From an uncultured Verrucomicrobiae bacterium (GTDB taxonomy: Bacteria; Verrucomicrobiota; Verrucomicrobiia; Chthoniobacterales; JAATET01), in assembly GCA_963719495.1 (NCBI GenBank), contig CAVRCI010000016.1:1-46275 (forward strand): 46,275 nt of DNA, written 5' to 3'. Numbering within the stretch: position 1 is the stretch's first letter; each line of letters begins with the position of its first letter. Positions 27,037 to 36,036 of this stretch are shown here, piece after piece. Made by a program: the position numbers and the translations under genes. The notes below the pieces were generated by a model. It ran no database searches. It saw only the letters and a program-made list of their open reading frames with translations, and was not told the origin of the DNA.

Positions 27037-28637
27037 CAGCCCGTCGGACTTGGAGCTGCCAGTTTGGCGGCGGATTTTGTTGGTTAAGTTAGGATTGGCG
27101 GTTGGCGAGCGGTTCGGAGAGTCCGATGACTGCCGAGGAGTCTGCGTGAGGAGTTGAGACCGGCTGCCATCATCCATGAGGGCGGGATAGCGGGCTGCTT
27201 ACGCCCTTGCGATCCTCATTCCGAGTCCGAAGAGGCGTTTGAGGTTGTAGGAGGTAGTGACCAATGACCATTCCAAGGCAGCCTTCTCTTTGCCGCGTAG
27301 GAGCAGGCGTCGGAATCCCATGGCTTCTTTGATAATGCCGAAGGCGGGTTCGACGGTTTGTTTGCGCAGGGCGTAAAGTTTGCGCCCAGCCGCGGTGGTG
27401 AGTCGGTGGGCCATGATTTCGGTAGGCGGAGCATCGGGTGGCGGTGCGGGCGGGTCGGCTCGGAGTTCCAGATCAGCAATTGTGCGCCCGTGTGGCTGGC
27501 GCTTTTGCGCGGCGTAAACTTTCGGGTTCCCGTCTCGGGCTTCCACGCTCGCAACTGCTTCCTGGCTGTAGTAGCCACTGTCGACGAGGACTTGGCTGAC
27601 GTTGCCGACGGTCGGGCTCACGGACTCCACTCCGGGTTGGAGTTGTTGCTTGTCGTTGGGTGCGTCGGTGAGATGGGCTCCGACGATGAGCATGGTGTCG
27701 ACCTCCACGGCGGCCTGCGCGTTGTAGCACTGCGCGAAGCCGCTTTTGTCTTTCATAATCCGGCTCTCGGGATCGGTGAAATTATATTGGTCCTTGGGAC
27801 GAGGGCCTTCGGTGGGCGGATCCGGTGCTTTGCCACGTGCTTTGCGACCGGTGCTCTGCTCGCTTCGTGCGCGGGCGGCGAGCTTTTCGGTGTGGGCCGC
27901 GCTTTCCTGCTCGAAGCGGACTTTGGCGCGAGCTTCCAGAGCGGCCTTGGCTTGCGCAAGCTTGGCCAGTCGATCCTCGCGACGTTTGATTTCCTGCGGG
28001 ATCTCCAGCCCGTCGGCCAGTAGTGGGGTGCTGTCGACATTCTCGGCTTTAGCCAGCAACTCTTGGATTTGCTCGCTGGCCAGCGTCATCTGCTCTTCGA
28101 TTCGACCGTGACTCATCGCGCTGTGGCGACTTGCGTTGGCCAGAAGCTTGGTGCCGTCCAGCGAGATGGTCAAATCTCCCACCTTCAACACTCCTGATCC
28201 TGCCGCCAGTTCAAGAACCTGATGAAAGCAACTGCTCAGCAGTTCCGCGTTCTCTCGGCGGAATTTGCAGATCGAGTCGTGGTCAGGATGGTGTCCAGCA
28301 CACAGGTAGCGCACGGCCACATTCTCGTGCGTGAGCGTTTCGATGCGCCGACTCCCAAAGATCCCCGTCGCGTAGCTGTAAATCAGCAACCCAAGCATCA
28401 TCGACGGCGGATACTGCGCCGAGCCCGTCCCCCGTTCGTTCTTCTTCGCCGCCCCAAGATTCAACGCCCCTACCGCGTCCATCACGAAATGAACCATGTG
28501 CCCTGCCGGAACCCAGTCCCGAAGGTCCGGCGGTAACAGTAGCGGGGTCTCATGATCGACGTTGACGTTTCTCACTGCCATCTTCCCTGTCTGCCAGGTT
28601 TCTTGGGTTTTGTCGCGCGTCTAAGTCCGACAGGCTG
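27037..28637 (-). mobile_element. IS1182-family insertion sequence
   Basis: Terminal inverted repeats CAGCC(C/T)GTCGGACTT begin at 27037 and end at 28637; CTAG flanks both ends (27033-27036, 28638-28641). Confidence 0.9.
27199..28581 (-). CDS. IS1182-family DDE transposase
   Basis: LLPPDLRDWVP…HPDHDSICKFR…LDGTKL…NFTDPESRIM…YNAQAAV…VDSGY…RKQTVEPAFGIIK. Confidence 0.95.
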   Translation of the reverse strand: MAVRNVNVDHETPLLLPPDLRDWVPAGHMVHFVMDAVGALNLGAAKKNERGTGSAQYPPSMMLGLLIYSYATGIFGSRRIETLTHENVAVRYLCAGHHPDHDSICKFRRENAELLSSCFHQVLELAAGSGVLKVGDLTISLDGTKLLANASRHSAMSHGRIEEQMTLASEQIQELLAKAENVDSTPLLADGLEIPQEIKRREDRLAKLAQAKAALEARAKVRFEQESAAHTEKLAARARSEQSTGRKARGKAPDPPTEGPRPKDQYNFTDPESRIMKDKSGFAQCYNAQAAVEVDTMLIVGAHLTDAPNDKQQLQPGVESVSPTVGNVSQVLVDSGYYSQEAVASVEARDGNPKVYAAQKRQPHGRTIADLELRADPPAPPPDAPPTEIMAHRLTTAAGRKLYALRKQTVEPAFGIIKEAMGFRRLLLRGKEKAALEWSLVTTSYNLKRLFGLGMRIARA

Positions 28638-28649
28638 CTAGGTGGTGGC

Positions 28650-29483
28650 TTACCGCTTCGCGCCGTAAGCGTTGTTGCGGTCGGCGGTCATGAGGTCGTC
28701 GCCGCGTTTTTGGAGGACGAACGTGTTGTTGTCGCCATGCTTCGCCCAAGGGCCGGGGGGGACGTCTTTAAAATCGACGAATTTCCAGTCGCAGACGTCT
28801 TTTCCGCTCATTCCGAGGTAATCACGGACGGCGGGACTGACGTCGAGCCCCGCACCGCCGTTGAGATTCATTTTCGGCCGCTGGTTCCCGAACACGTATT
28901 CCCAATGGTCCGTGCGGAAGGGACCACAATCCTCCCACTGGGCGTAGGCGATGCGGTTGCCATGCCGGATTGCCAGCCAACGACCTTTGCAAACCGACTT
29001 ACCTTCGCGCTCGAAGGCCTCCCGAAACCACGGGATGGCTTTTCGGGATTCAGGCTTAGTCGTGCCGCGGGTCACGTCGTTGAAGGGAAGGGCGACGTAA
29101 AAAGGGTTTTGCCTTGGCGTGAATTTCTTGGGCAGGAAGTCTTTGCGAGCGGCGGGATCGGGATCGTCGTAACCGCCGAAGTTCGCCGTCCAGTTGGTGT
29201 CCCACGAGCTCTTGTAGTTCGAGACCGGGTTGTTCTGCGAGGGGTCCTCGCCGATCCAGAAGACGGTGGTGACGATGTTGCGCTTCCATTCGTAGCGGCT
29301 GAAGCCGAATCGGAACTTGCTCGTCGAGACGACTTGGGGTTCGACTTTGAGCAGGGCTTTTTCGCGGAGCTTCTCGGCGTATTTGTAGAAATCGGCGGAA
29401 GCGGAGACCGTGGACTCCGCGAAGAGCGCGGCGGGAGCGGCACCGAGGAGGAAAAGTGCCAGGAGGCTGTTTCTGAGCAGCAT
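28650..29483 (-). CDS. Exported hypothetical protein (277 aa)
   Basis: Signal peptide MLLRNSLLALFLLGAAPAALFA; TTVFWIGE, NPFYVALPFND, AQWEDCGP and GLDVSPAV resemble a double-psi beta-barrel/RlpA-like fold (inference). Confidence 0.8.
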   Translation of the reverse strand: MLLRNSLLALFLLGAAPAALFAESTVSASADFYKYAEKLREKALLKVEPQVVSTSKFRFGFSRYEWKRNIVTTVFWIGEDPSQNNPVSNYKSSWDTNWTANFGGYDDPDPAARKDFLPKKFTPRQNPFYVALPFNDVTRGTTKPESRKAIPWFREAFEREGKSVCKGRWLAIRHGNRIAYAQWEDCGPFRTDHWEYVFGNQRPKMNLNGGAGLDVSPAVRDYLGMSGKDVCDWKFVDFKDVPPGPWAKHGDNNTFVLQKRGDDLMTADRNNAYGAKR

Positions 29484-29536
29484 CGGTAACGTATCGGTAA
29501 GTTTCCTACGGATTGCAAGTTGAAAACCGTTCGCAC

Positions 29537-31129
29537 CTACGTGCGTCGCATCGTGGTGTCGTGACGGAATTTCGCGTCGTCGGTGTCGAGGTAATCGAGG
29601 GTGTAGTGGAGGCCGCGGCTTTCCTTGCGACTGATCGCGCAGTCGACGATGAGGGAGGCGACGGTCACGAGGTTGCGAAGCTCGAGGAGTTCGGTGGAGA
29701 TTTTGAAGTTCCAGTAGAATTCCTGGATCTCGGTGTGGAGATTGCGCAGCCGGGTGGCGGCGCGGGCGAGGCGTTTGTCGGTGCGGACAATGCCGACGTA
29801 ATCCCACATGAGGCGGCGAATTTCGTCCCAGTTGTGGTAGATGACCACGAGTTCGTCGACGTCCTGAACCTCGCCGGGCCGCCACTCCGGGAGGTCGAAG
29901 CGCGCGCGGGGTGGGCGGGGTCGAGTGGTCTTCTCGACCGCCCGGTGGGCGAGGACCATGCCTTCGAGCAGGGAATTGCTGGCGAGGCGGTTCGCTCCGT
30001 GGAGTCCCGTGCAGGCGGCTTCGCCGATGGCGTGAAGCCCGCGCAGGCTCGTCTCGCCGTTGAGGTCGGTCTTGATCCCGCCGCACTGGTAGTGGGCGGC
30101 GGGCACGACGGGAATGGGGTCTTTCGTGATGTCGATGCCGTAGCGCAGGCAGGTCTCGTAGATGGTGGGAAACCGGGATTTGACGAATTCCGGCGGCTTC
30201 ATCGAGATGTCGAGGTAGACGCACTTGCTGCCGGTCCGCTTCATCTCGGCGTCGATGGCTCGGGCGACGATGTCGCGGGGGGCGAGTTCCGCAAGGGGAT
30301 GGTGCCGGTCCATGAACCGCTGACCGCGCTCGTCGACGAGGATGCCGCCTTCGCCGCGGACGACCTCGGAGACGAGGAAGGATTTCGCCTCCGGCTGGAA
30401 GAGGCACGTTGGGTGGAATTGGATGAACTCCATGTTCGAGACGGCCGCTCCGGCCCGCCAGGCCATGGCCACCCCGTCGCCGGTGGCGATGTCGGGATTG
30501 GTCGAATAGAGGTAAACCTTCCCGCAGCCACCGGTCGCCACGATGGTGACGTCGGTGCGGATCGTTTCGACGTGACCGGTCTCTTCGTCGAGGACGTAAA
30601 GGCCGACGCAGGCGTTTTGCATGGCGTAGCCGAGCTTCCCGGTCGTGATGAAATCGACCGCCATGTGATTCTCGAGAATCGTGATGTTGGCGTGCTCGCG
30701 GGCGTGCCGAACGAGGGTCGTCTCGATCGCCAGCCCGGTGGAATCCTGGAAATGCAGGACCCGCCGTTTGGAATGACCGCCCTCCATGCCGAGATCGAGT
30801 TCGCTCTCGCCGTCCTCGTCCAAACGTTCGTCGAAGTGAACACCGAGTCCGATGAGTTCGCGAATTCGATCGGGGCCCTCCGTCACGACGGTTCGCACGG
30901 CGTCCTCGTCGCAGAGTCCGGCTCCGGCGGTGAGCGTGTCGGCAATGTGGAGTTCAAACGAGTCTTGCTCGCTGACCACGCAAGCCACGCCGCCTTGTGC
31001 CCAGGCGGTGTTCGAATCCGCGAGGCCCCGCTTGGTGACGATGGCGACGCTGCCGTGCTCGGCGGCCTGGAGGGCGAAGGTCAGGCCGGCGATACCGCTG
31101 CCGATGACGACGTAATCGAATTCTCTCAT
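29537..31129 (-). CDS. nadB: L-aspartate oxidase
   Basis: GSGIAG, WAQGG, EGGHS, EFIQFHPT, PAAHYQCGG, GLHGANRLASNSL, ESRGLH. Confidence 0.97.
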   Translation of the reverse strand: MREFDYVVIGSGIAGLTFALQAAEHGSVAIVTKRGLADSNTAWAQGGVACVVSEQDSFELHIADTLTAGAGLCDEDAVRTVVTEGPDRIRELIGLGVHFDERLDEDGESELDLGMEGGHSKRRVLHFQDSTGLAIETTLVRHAREHANITILENHMAVDFITTGKLGYAMQNACVGLYVLDEETGHVETIRTDVTIVATGGCGKVYLYSTNPDIATGDGVAMAWRAGAAVSNMEFIQFHPTCLFQPEAKSFLVSEVVRGEGGILVDERGQRFMDRHHPLAELAPRDIVARAIDAEMKRTGSKCVYLDISMKPPEFVKSRFPTIYETCLRYGIDITKDPIPVVPAAHYQCGGIKTDLNGETSLRGLHAIGEAACTGLHGANRLASNSLLEGMVLAHRAVEKTTRPRPPRARFDLPEWRPGEVQDVDELVVIYHNWDEIRRLMWDYVGIVRTDKRLARAATRLRNLHTEIQEFYWNFKISTELLELRNLVTVASLIVDCAISRKESRGLHYTLDYLDTDDAKFRHDTTMRRT

Positions 31130-31968
31130 GCTTCCGGAGACGGAACGGCGACGTTATCAATCAGCCGGGTGCTGCCGAGGAAAATAGCGGCGGCCAGACG
31201 GGCCGGGCGCGCCAGATGGCGAGCCGGCGCGAGGGTTTCGGCGTCGACGACCTCCGCGTAATCGAGCCGCGCGCCCGGGATCGTTTCGAGCCCGCGGATC
31301 GCGGCCCCGCGAATGGCCGCGGGGGCTTTGCGGGTCACCGCGTTGACGAGAGTGCGGTGAAAGTCGGGTGCGACCGAGCGCTCAGCGGGCGCCAGATGCC
31401 GATTGCGCGAACTCAGCGCCAACCCGTCGGGTTCGCGCACCGTCGGGTGACCATGAATCCGAACCGAAAGATCGAGGTCGCGAACGACGCGGCGGACGAT
31501 GGCGAGTTGCTGCCAATCCTTCTCTCCGAAGACCGCGTCGTCCGGCTGGATGATGCCGAAGAGCTTCGTCACGACCGTGCAGACGCCCCGAAAGTGCCCG
31601 GGGCGGGAAGATCCGCAGAGGTGTTGGGATAAAGCGGTTTCGTCCACGACGACGGAGGCATCGGGATGGTAAATCTCCGCCGCGTCCTTCGGGCGAAACA
31701 GCACGTCGACCCCGGCGTCCCGGCAAATCGTGGTATCGGCCCTTGCGGGGCGGGGATAACGAGCGAGGTCGTCGGCCCGGTCGAATTGCGTGGGGTTGAC
31801 GAAGATCGAGACGACGATCGTGCCGCCGCGTCCCGCGATCCGGCGGGCGCGACGAATGAGGGCAACGTGCCCCGCGTGGAGCGCGCCCATCGTCGGCACG
31901 AGGACAACTCTCGAATCGTTGCGGCGAAGGGCCGCACGCACGCTGGAGATCCGGCCCGCGATCTTCAC
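31126..31968 (-). CDS. panC: Pantoate-beta-alanine ligase
   Basis: VPTMGALHAGH, SIFVNPTQF, RPGHFRGV, FGEKDWQQ, LALSSRN, RLIDN; GTG start at 31968. Confidence 0.96.
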   Translation of the reverse strand: MKIAGRISSVRAALRRNDSRVVLVPTMGALHAGHVALIRRARRIAGRGGTIVVSIFVNPTQFDRADDLARYPRPARADTTICRDAGVDVLFRPKDAAEIYHPDASVVVDETALSQHLCGSSRPGHFRGVCTVVTKLFGIIQPDDAVFGEKDWQQLAIVRRVVRDLDLSVRIHGHPTVREPDGLALSSRNRHLAPAERSVAPDFHRTLVNAVTRKAPAAIRGAAIRGLETIPGARLDYAEVVDAETLAPARHLARPARLAAAIFLGSTRLIDNVAVPSPEA

Positions 31969-31981
31969 GAGCGAAAGGGAA

Positions 31982-32554
31982 TCACTCCGGGGTGGCGGCG
32001 GGGGCGGGTTCCGGAATGACGAGAGAGTTTGTGGGTTCCGCGGCGGCGGCAGGCTCGGGAGCGACCGCGGGGGCGGCCATGGCGTCGTCCGCTGGTTCGG
32101 AAAGGGCACCGGCTGGCGTGGCGGCAGGAGCTTCCGTTTCGGCTGCGAGCGTGGAAAGGGTCGATTCAGCGGCCGCTGGGTCAGCTGATTCCGTCGCGGG
32201 TGCGGGCGTGAGTGCGTCCGACGAGGCGGAGGATTCCGACGCAGCCGGCGCGGTTTCCGCGGCGGGCGCGGGCATGCTTTTGAGTTCCTTCTGAATTTGC
32301 GTTTCGGAGTTGGTCCCCTGGCGGGCGTAAAGCATCGCGAGAACGAGAGTGACGACGAAGAAGGCGCCCCCGAGCCAGGTCGTGGCCTTCGCGAGAACGT
32401 TCGTGGTCTGCGCACCGAAGATGTTGTCGGTCATGCCGCCACCGAAGGCCGCGCCAAGTCCCTCACTGCGCGGGCGCTGCATGAGGGTGACGAGAATCAT
32501 GAGCGCGCACATGATGACGTGAATCGCGAGGAGGAAGTAGATCAGGGCAGGCAT
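31982..32554 (-). CDS. secG: Preprotein translocase subunit SecG with long Ala/Pro-rich tail
   Basis: Two TM helices linked by LMQRPRSEGLGAAFGGG…FGAQTTNVLAKAT. Confidence 0.92.
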   Translation of the reverse strand: MPALIYFLLAIHVIMCALMILVTLMQRPRSEGLGAAFGGGMTDNIFGAQTTNVLAKATTWLGGAFFVVTLVLAMLYARQGTNSETQIQKELKSMPAPAAETAPAASESSASSDALTPAPATESADPAAAESTLSTLAAETEAPAATPAGALSEPADDAMAAPAVAPEPAAAAEPTNSLVIPEPAPAATPE

Positions 32555-32616
32555 CGGAAAAGTCGGACAGAGTGACAGAGAACGAACATTTGTAAAGACT
32601 GGCCGTTGGCACCGGA

Positions 32617-33150
32617 TCTCGCTGTGAGTGCGGTCTCCGTTGTGAACGATCGTCGCGCACCCCGCATCCTCAGCCGTATCGCTCCGGTTCTCAGAAGTCT
32701 CAGGACCCACGGCGGAAGGCCCTTGATGGATCCCACGTCAAAAAATGGTCTGAATGGAACGACCCGAGCGACGGCTGCCATTTCGTCCGCTCGGACCAAG
32801 CCGACGACCCAACACGCGATCCGTATCAGCCTACTGAATTCAAGATTTGACGCCTGACCCCATTTCCTCCATGACCCCATTTCCTCCATTTCCCCATTTC
32901 TTGACCCGAACGCGCTCTGGCAGAGGGTGGATTTTGCAGGACGGATATTGCCGGAAAGGTGAGGAAACGAGTTACGAAAGGCTAGCGTCGGCGCGACGGA
33001 TGCCGGGACCGGGGGGCAATTCGCATCTGGCGTGACGGCGCGGGCGAACGCGGCGGACCGCTGGGGGTGTTTGGGGGGACGTTTGCTGTTGGCAAGCGGG
33101 CGTCAGGAGGGGATTTCTGAACCAATGCACGGACTGACCCCTTCGACGGA
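32617..33150 (+). repeat. ~530-bp direct repeat, copy A
   Basis: Matches 34321-34853; the 3' ~340 bp is near-identical. Contains TGACCCCATTTC stutters. Sub-block 32940-33011 is duplicated at 33145-33216. Confidence 0.92.
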
Positions 33151-33389
33151 TATTGCCGGAAAGGTGAGGAAACGAGTTACGAAAGGCTAGCGTCGGCGCG
33201 ACGGATGCCGGGACCGTGGCCTCGCGACGCAGGCTGATTCCAAAGTCGAGGGGCTCTGGAAGGCGGAGAGGTAGGTGGTGGAGTCGTGGTCGCGCGGGGG
33301 CAACTTCGCATCTCTTTGGCGGGTGACGACGCAACCGGCGGACCATGGGGGTTTTGGTTGCGGGGACTTTGCTTTTCGGCAAGCGGGCC

Positions 33390-34319
33390 TCAGGCGCAGG
33401 GCACTTCGGTACCGTCCACGCTGATCGTAGAGGATCCTGACCTCGAAGGGATCGGGGGCAGATCTCGCTTGCCACGCCACGGCGCACTCGCCGTGCGGCC
33501 ACCCACACGCTGGATCCGTCGCTCGGAGACGGAGTCCGCCAGCTCCGCGAGGTGGAAACAGCGTGCCGGAGCTGCTTCATCCGCTCGCTCCAGGGTGATG
33601 AGCCGGGCCAGGGCGGGGGTGTAGGCCCCTTCCAGGAACAGAGGGCCGAATCGGCCGGGAAGTGGCCGCATTTTTTCCCGGGATGGTCATGGTGTGGGCG
33701 AGGCGGCGCGAAGGAGCCGAACATGCCCTGGACCATGAGAACCTCGCGCCTGGCTTCCTCGCCGGGCTTGGGGAGGTAGGCCGCGTCAATTCGCTCTGCG
33801 GCTTGCTGCATGAGCCTTCCCACCGTGCGTTGACTGGTTTGAAGATGGCGTGCGCTCGTGGACTTCCACTCGGCGACGGCACTTCCGGCTGGATCTTTGC
33901 TTCGGCGCGGCGATCAGGTCTTGGATGTCCGCTTTTGGGCGAGGCAGATGTTGGTCGGGCGCTTTTTTTTGGCCCCGGCCTTGCGATCTTGCCTGCTCTT
34001 CACGGTCTTCGAGTCCGCATACTCGCCGACAAGACGGAAGCGATGAGGGCACCAATGCTCTCCTGGGCTTGGGCCGCCGATCGGCCGTGGACGTATTCGG
34101 TCACGTATCGCCGCCTCCCTACGCTGGAGTTGAAGTAAGATCCGCTCTTGCCTTGACGGATCACCGAAACTTTCCTCGCTCCAGCGGTCGATGGCCGGAT
34201 TCGCTCAAGGATAGGTGCGGTATTTGGGTTCATCAATCAAACGTATATGTAAACGCATATACTTTGGCAGCAAACTTACCTCGCTGAAATGCTCTTTCAG
34301 AGATTTCTATCCTGCACCC
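33390..34319 (-). pseudogene. Decayed, truncated ISKra4/ISLre2-like (UPF0236-type) element
   Basis: Small-ORF remnant (SVIRQGKSGSYFN…VTEYV). Transposase fragments in shifting frames: QGMFGSF…HPGKKCGHFPADSAL, LEGAYTPALARL, SVDGTEVP. Candidate end GGGTGCAGGATAG starts at 34319 on the minus strand. Family assigned from remembered motifs only. Confidence 0.65.
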
Positions 34320-34320
34320 G

Positions 34321-34853
34321 TCTCGCGTGACTGCGGTCTCCGTAGGGAACGATCGTCACGCACCCTGCATCGTCACCCGTGTCGCTCGGTTCAGAAGTCT
34401 CAAGACCCACGGCGGAAGGCCCTTGATCGATCCGCGTCAAAAAATGGTCTGAATGGAACGACCCGAGCGACGGCTGCCTATGTCGCTCGGATCATACCGA
34501 CAACCCAACACGCGATCCGTATCAGCCTACTGAATTCAAGATTTGACGCCTGACCCCATTTCCCATTTCCTCCATGACCCCATTTCCTCCATTTCCCCAT
34601 TTCTTGACCCGAACTCGCTCTGGCAGAGGGTGGATTTTGCAGGACGGATATTGCCGGAAAGGTGAGAAACAAGTTACGAAAGGCTAGCGTCGGCGCGACG
34701 GATGCCGGGACCGGGGGGCAATTCGCATCTGGCGTGACGGCGCGGGCGAACGCGGCGGACCGCTGGGGGTGTTTGGGGGGACGTTTGCTGTTGGCAAGCG
34801 GGCGTCAAGGAGGGGATTTCTGAACCAATGCACGGACTGACCCCTTCGACGGA
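34321..34853 (+). repeat. ~530-bp direct repeat, copy B
   Basis: Matches 32617-33150; followed by a diverged sub-block copy at ~34875-35005. Confidence 0.92.
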
Positions 34854-35029
34854 CAGACCCCTTCGACGTGCGAGCGCTCTGGCGGAGGGAGGATGTTTGC
34901 AGGACGGACGCTGCCGGAAGGAAAAGGTTCGAGTTACCGAGAACCGAGCATCGGCGCGTCGGATGCCGGGTGGTAGGGGTATTAGCATCCGGCGTGACGG
35001 CGCGGTCGCTGCGGCGAAGGGCCGGTGAG

Positions 35030-36036
35030 TTATTTGACAGCCTTCGCTGGGTCAAACTAAGGTTGCGGTTTCCAGGCTTTGGATTGATATAACTTTCAAT
35101 CACAACAAAATTTCTTGCTCTCGGGTAGAAGCGAACAGAGAACCGCGCAAATTTTCCATCAGCAAGTTTCGCGAAGTAGTCGCCCTCGCCATCTATAGCC
35201 CAACGCTCTGCGGTCGAAGGCATGTTGATCTCAACGCTCAGTTTATATCCGTCTGTAGGCGCTTGAAAATCAAACCGATTTCTGCGCTCGATAATTACAC
35301 CGCTCGGCACGCTCAATTGATACCGCCAATCGAATTTTGGCTGAGTATAGTCACCAACCCAAGAGGAAATCTGTAATCCACTTTTTCCAACGCGTCCTGT
35401 TTGCAAATCAACGAAGATCGGCTGACCCGTTTTAGGAACATCTATTTGTCCAGTCTTTTCAAAAATCAACGGTTCCGTTTCCCCTTGCCTATGCAAAACA
35501 AGAACGATCGGCGCATCGGACGACGATGCTGGGGCGTCTTCCCTCGCGGGAGTAACGACATTTCTGTTCGCAGTTGACTCCTTCGTGGAATAAAAGCCAT
35601 CCTTAGAAGCCTTTCAGGCTGTAGGCTATGCCGTGAGAAGAAATAGAAAATCGGCCATCTGCACCCGTGGTTTTAACGTAGCTCGTGCCGCTTGCATTCG
35701 GGAGCGGCTATTATTAATACACCAATCTCAACTGCCGCCCCTTTTATCGGATTTCCGCTCTGATCAACAACCTTTCCATACAATGATATGGGAGTCAAAA
35801 ATGCAGCTGTCCACTGACGTTCTTTTGCTTGCGCTATCTCTTGCTGGCTCGGCGTTGCGCCAGCGAATGAATTGCTCAATTTAGCCTATTACTCCAACGA
35901 CAGACGATTGATCGGAACTGGTCTCTGTTCCAAATGAGGCTTGATTCGAGTTCTTTCGCAGCCAGAACAATGCCAGTAAAACCGCCCCGCAAACAATTGT
36001 TAGAGTAATAGCGAGGAGATATCTCAGAATTCTCAT
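35030..36036 (-). pseudogene. Membrane-anchored carboxypeptidase-regulatory-like domain protein (immunity-like), frameshifted
   Basis: ATG 36036 overlaps the upstream TGA (ATGA) and gives TM segment MRILRYLLAITLTIVCGAVLLALFWL. Later fragments TPISLYGKVVDQSGNPIKGA, FDFQAPTDGY and YINPKPGNRNL-(E)FDP lie in different frames. Confidence 0.65.

Noticed and set aside
32606..34553. Paired plus-strand ORFs ending RISLLNSRFDA
   Set aside because: Their upstream frames differ between the two repeat copies through indels, so coding function is unsupported.
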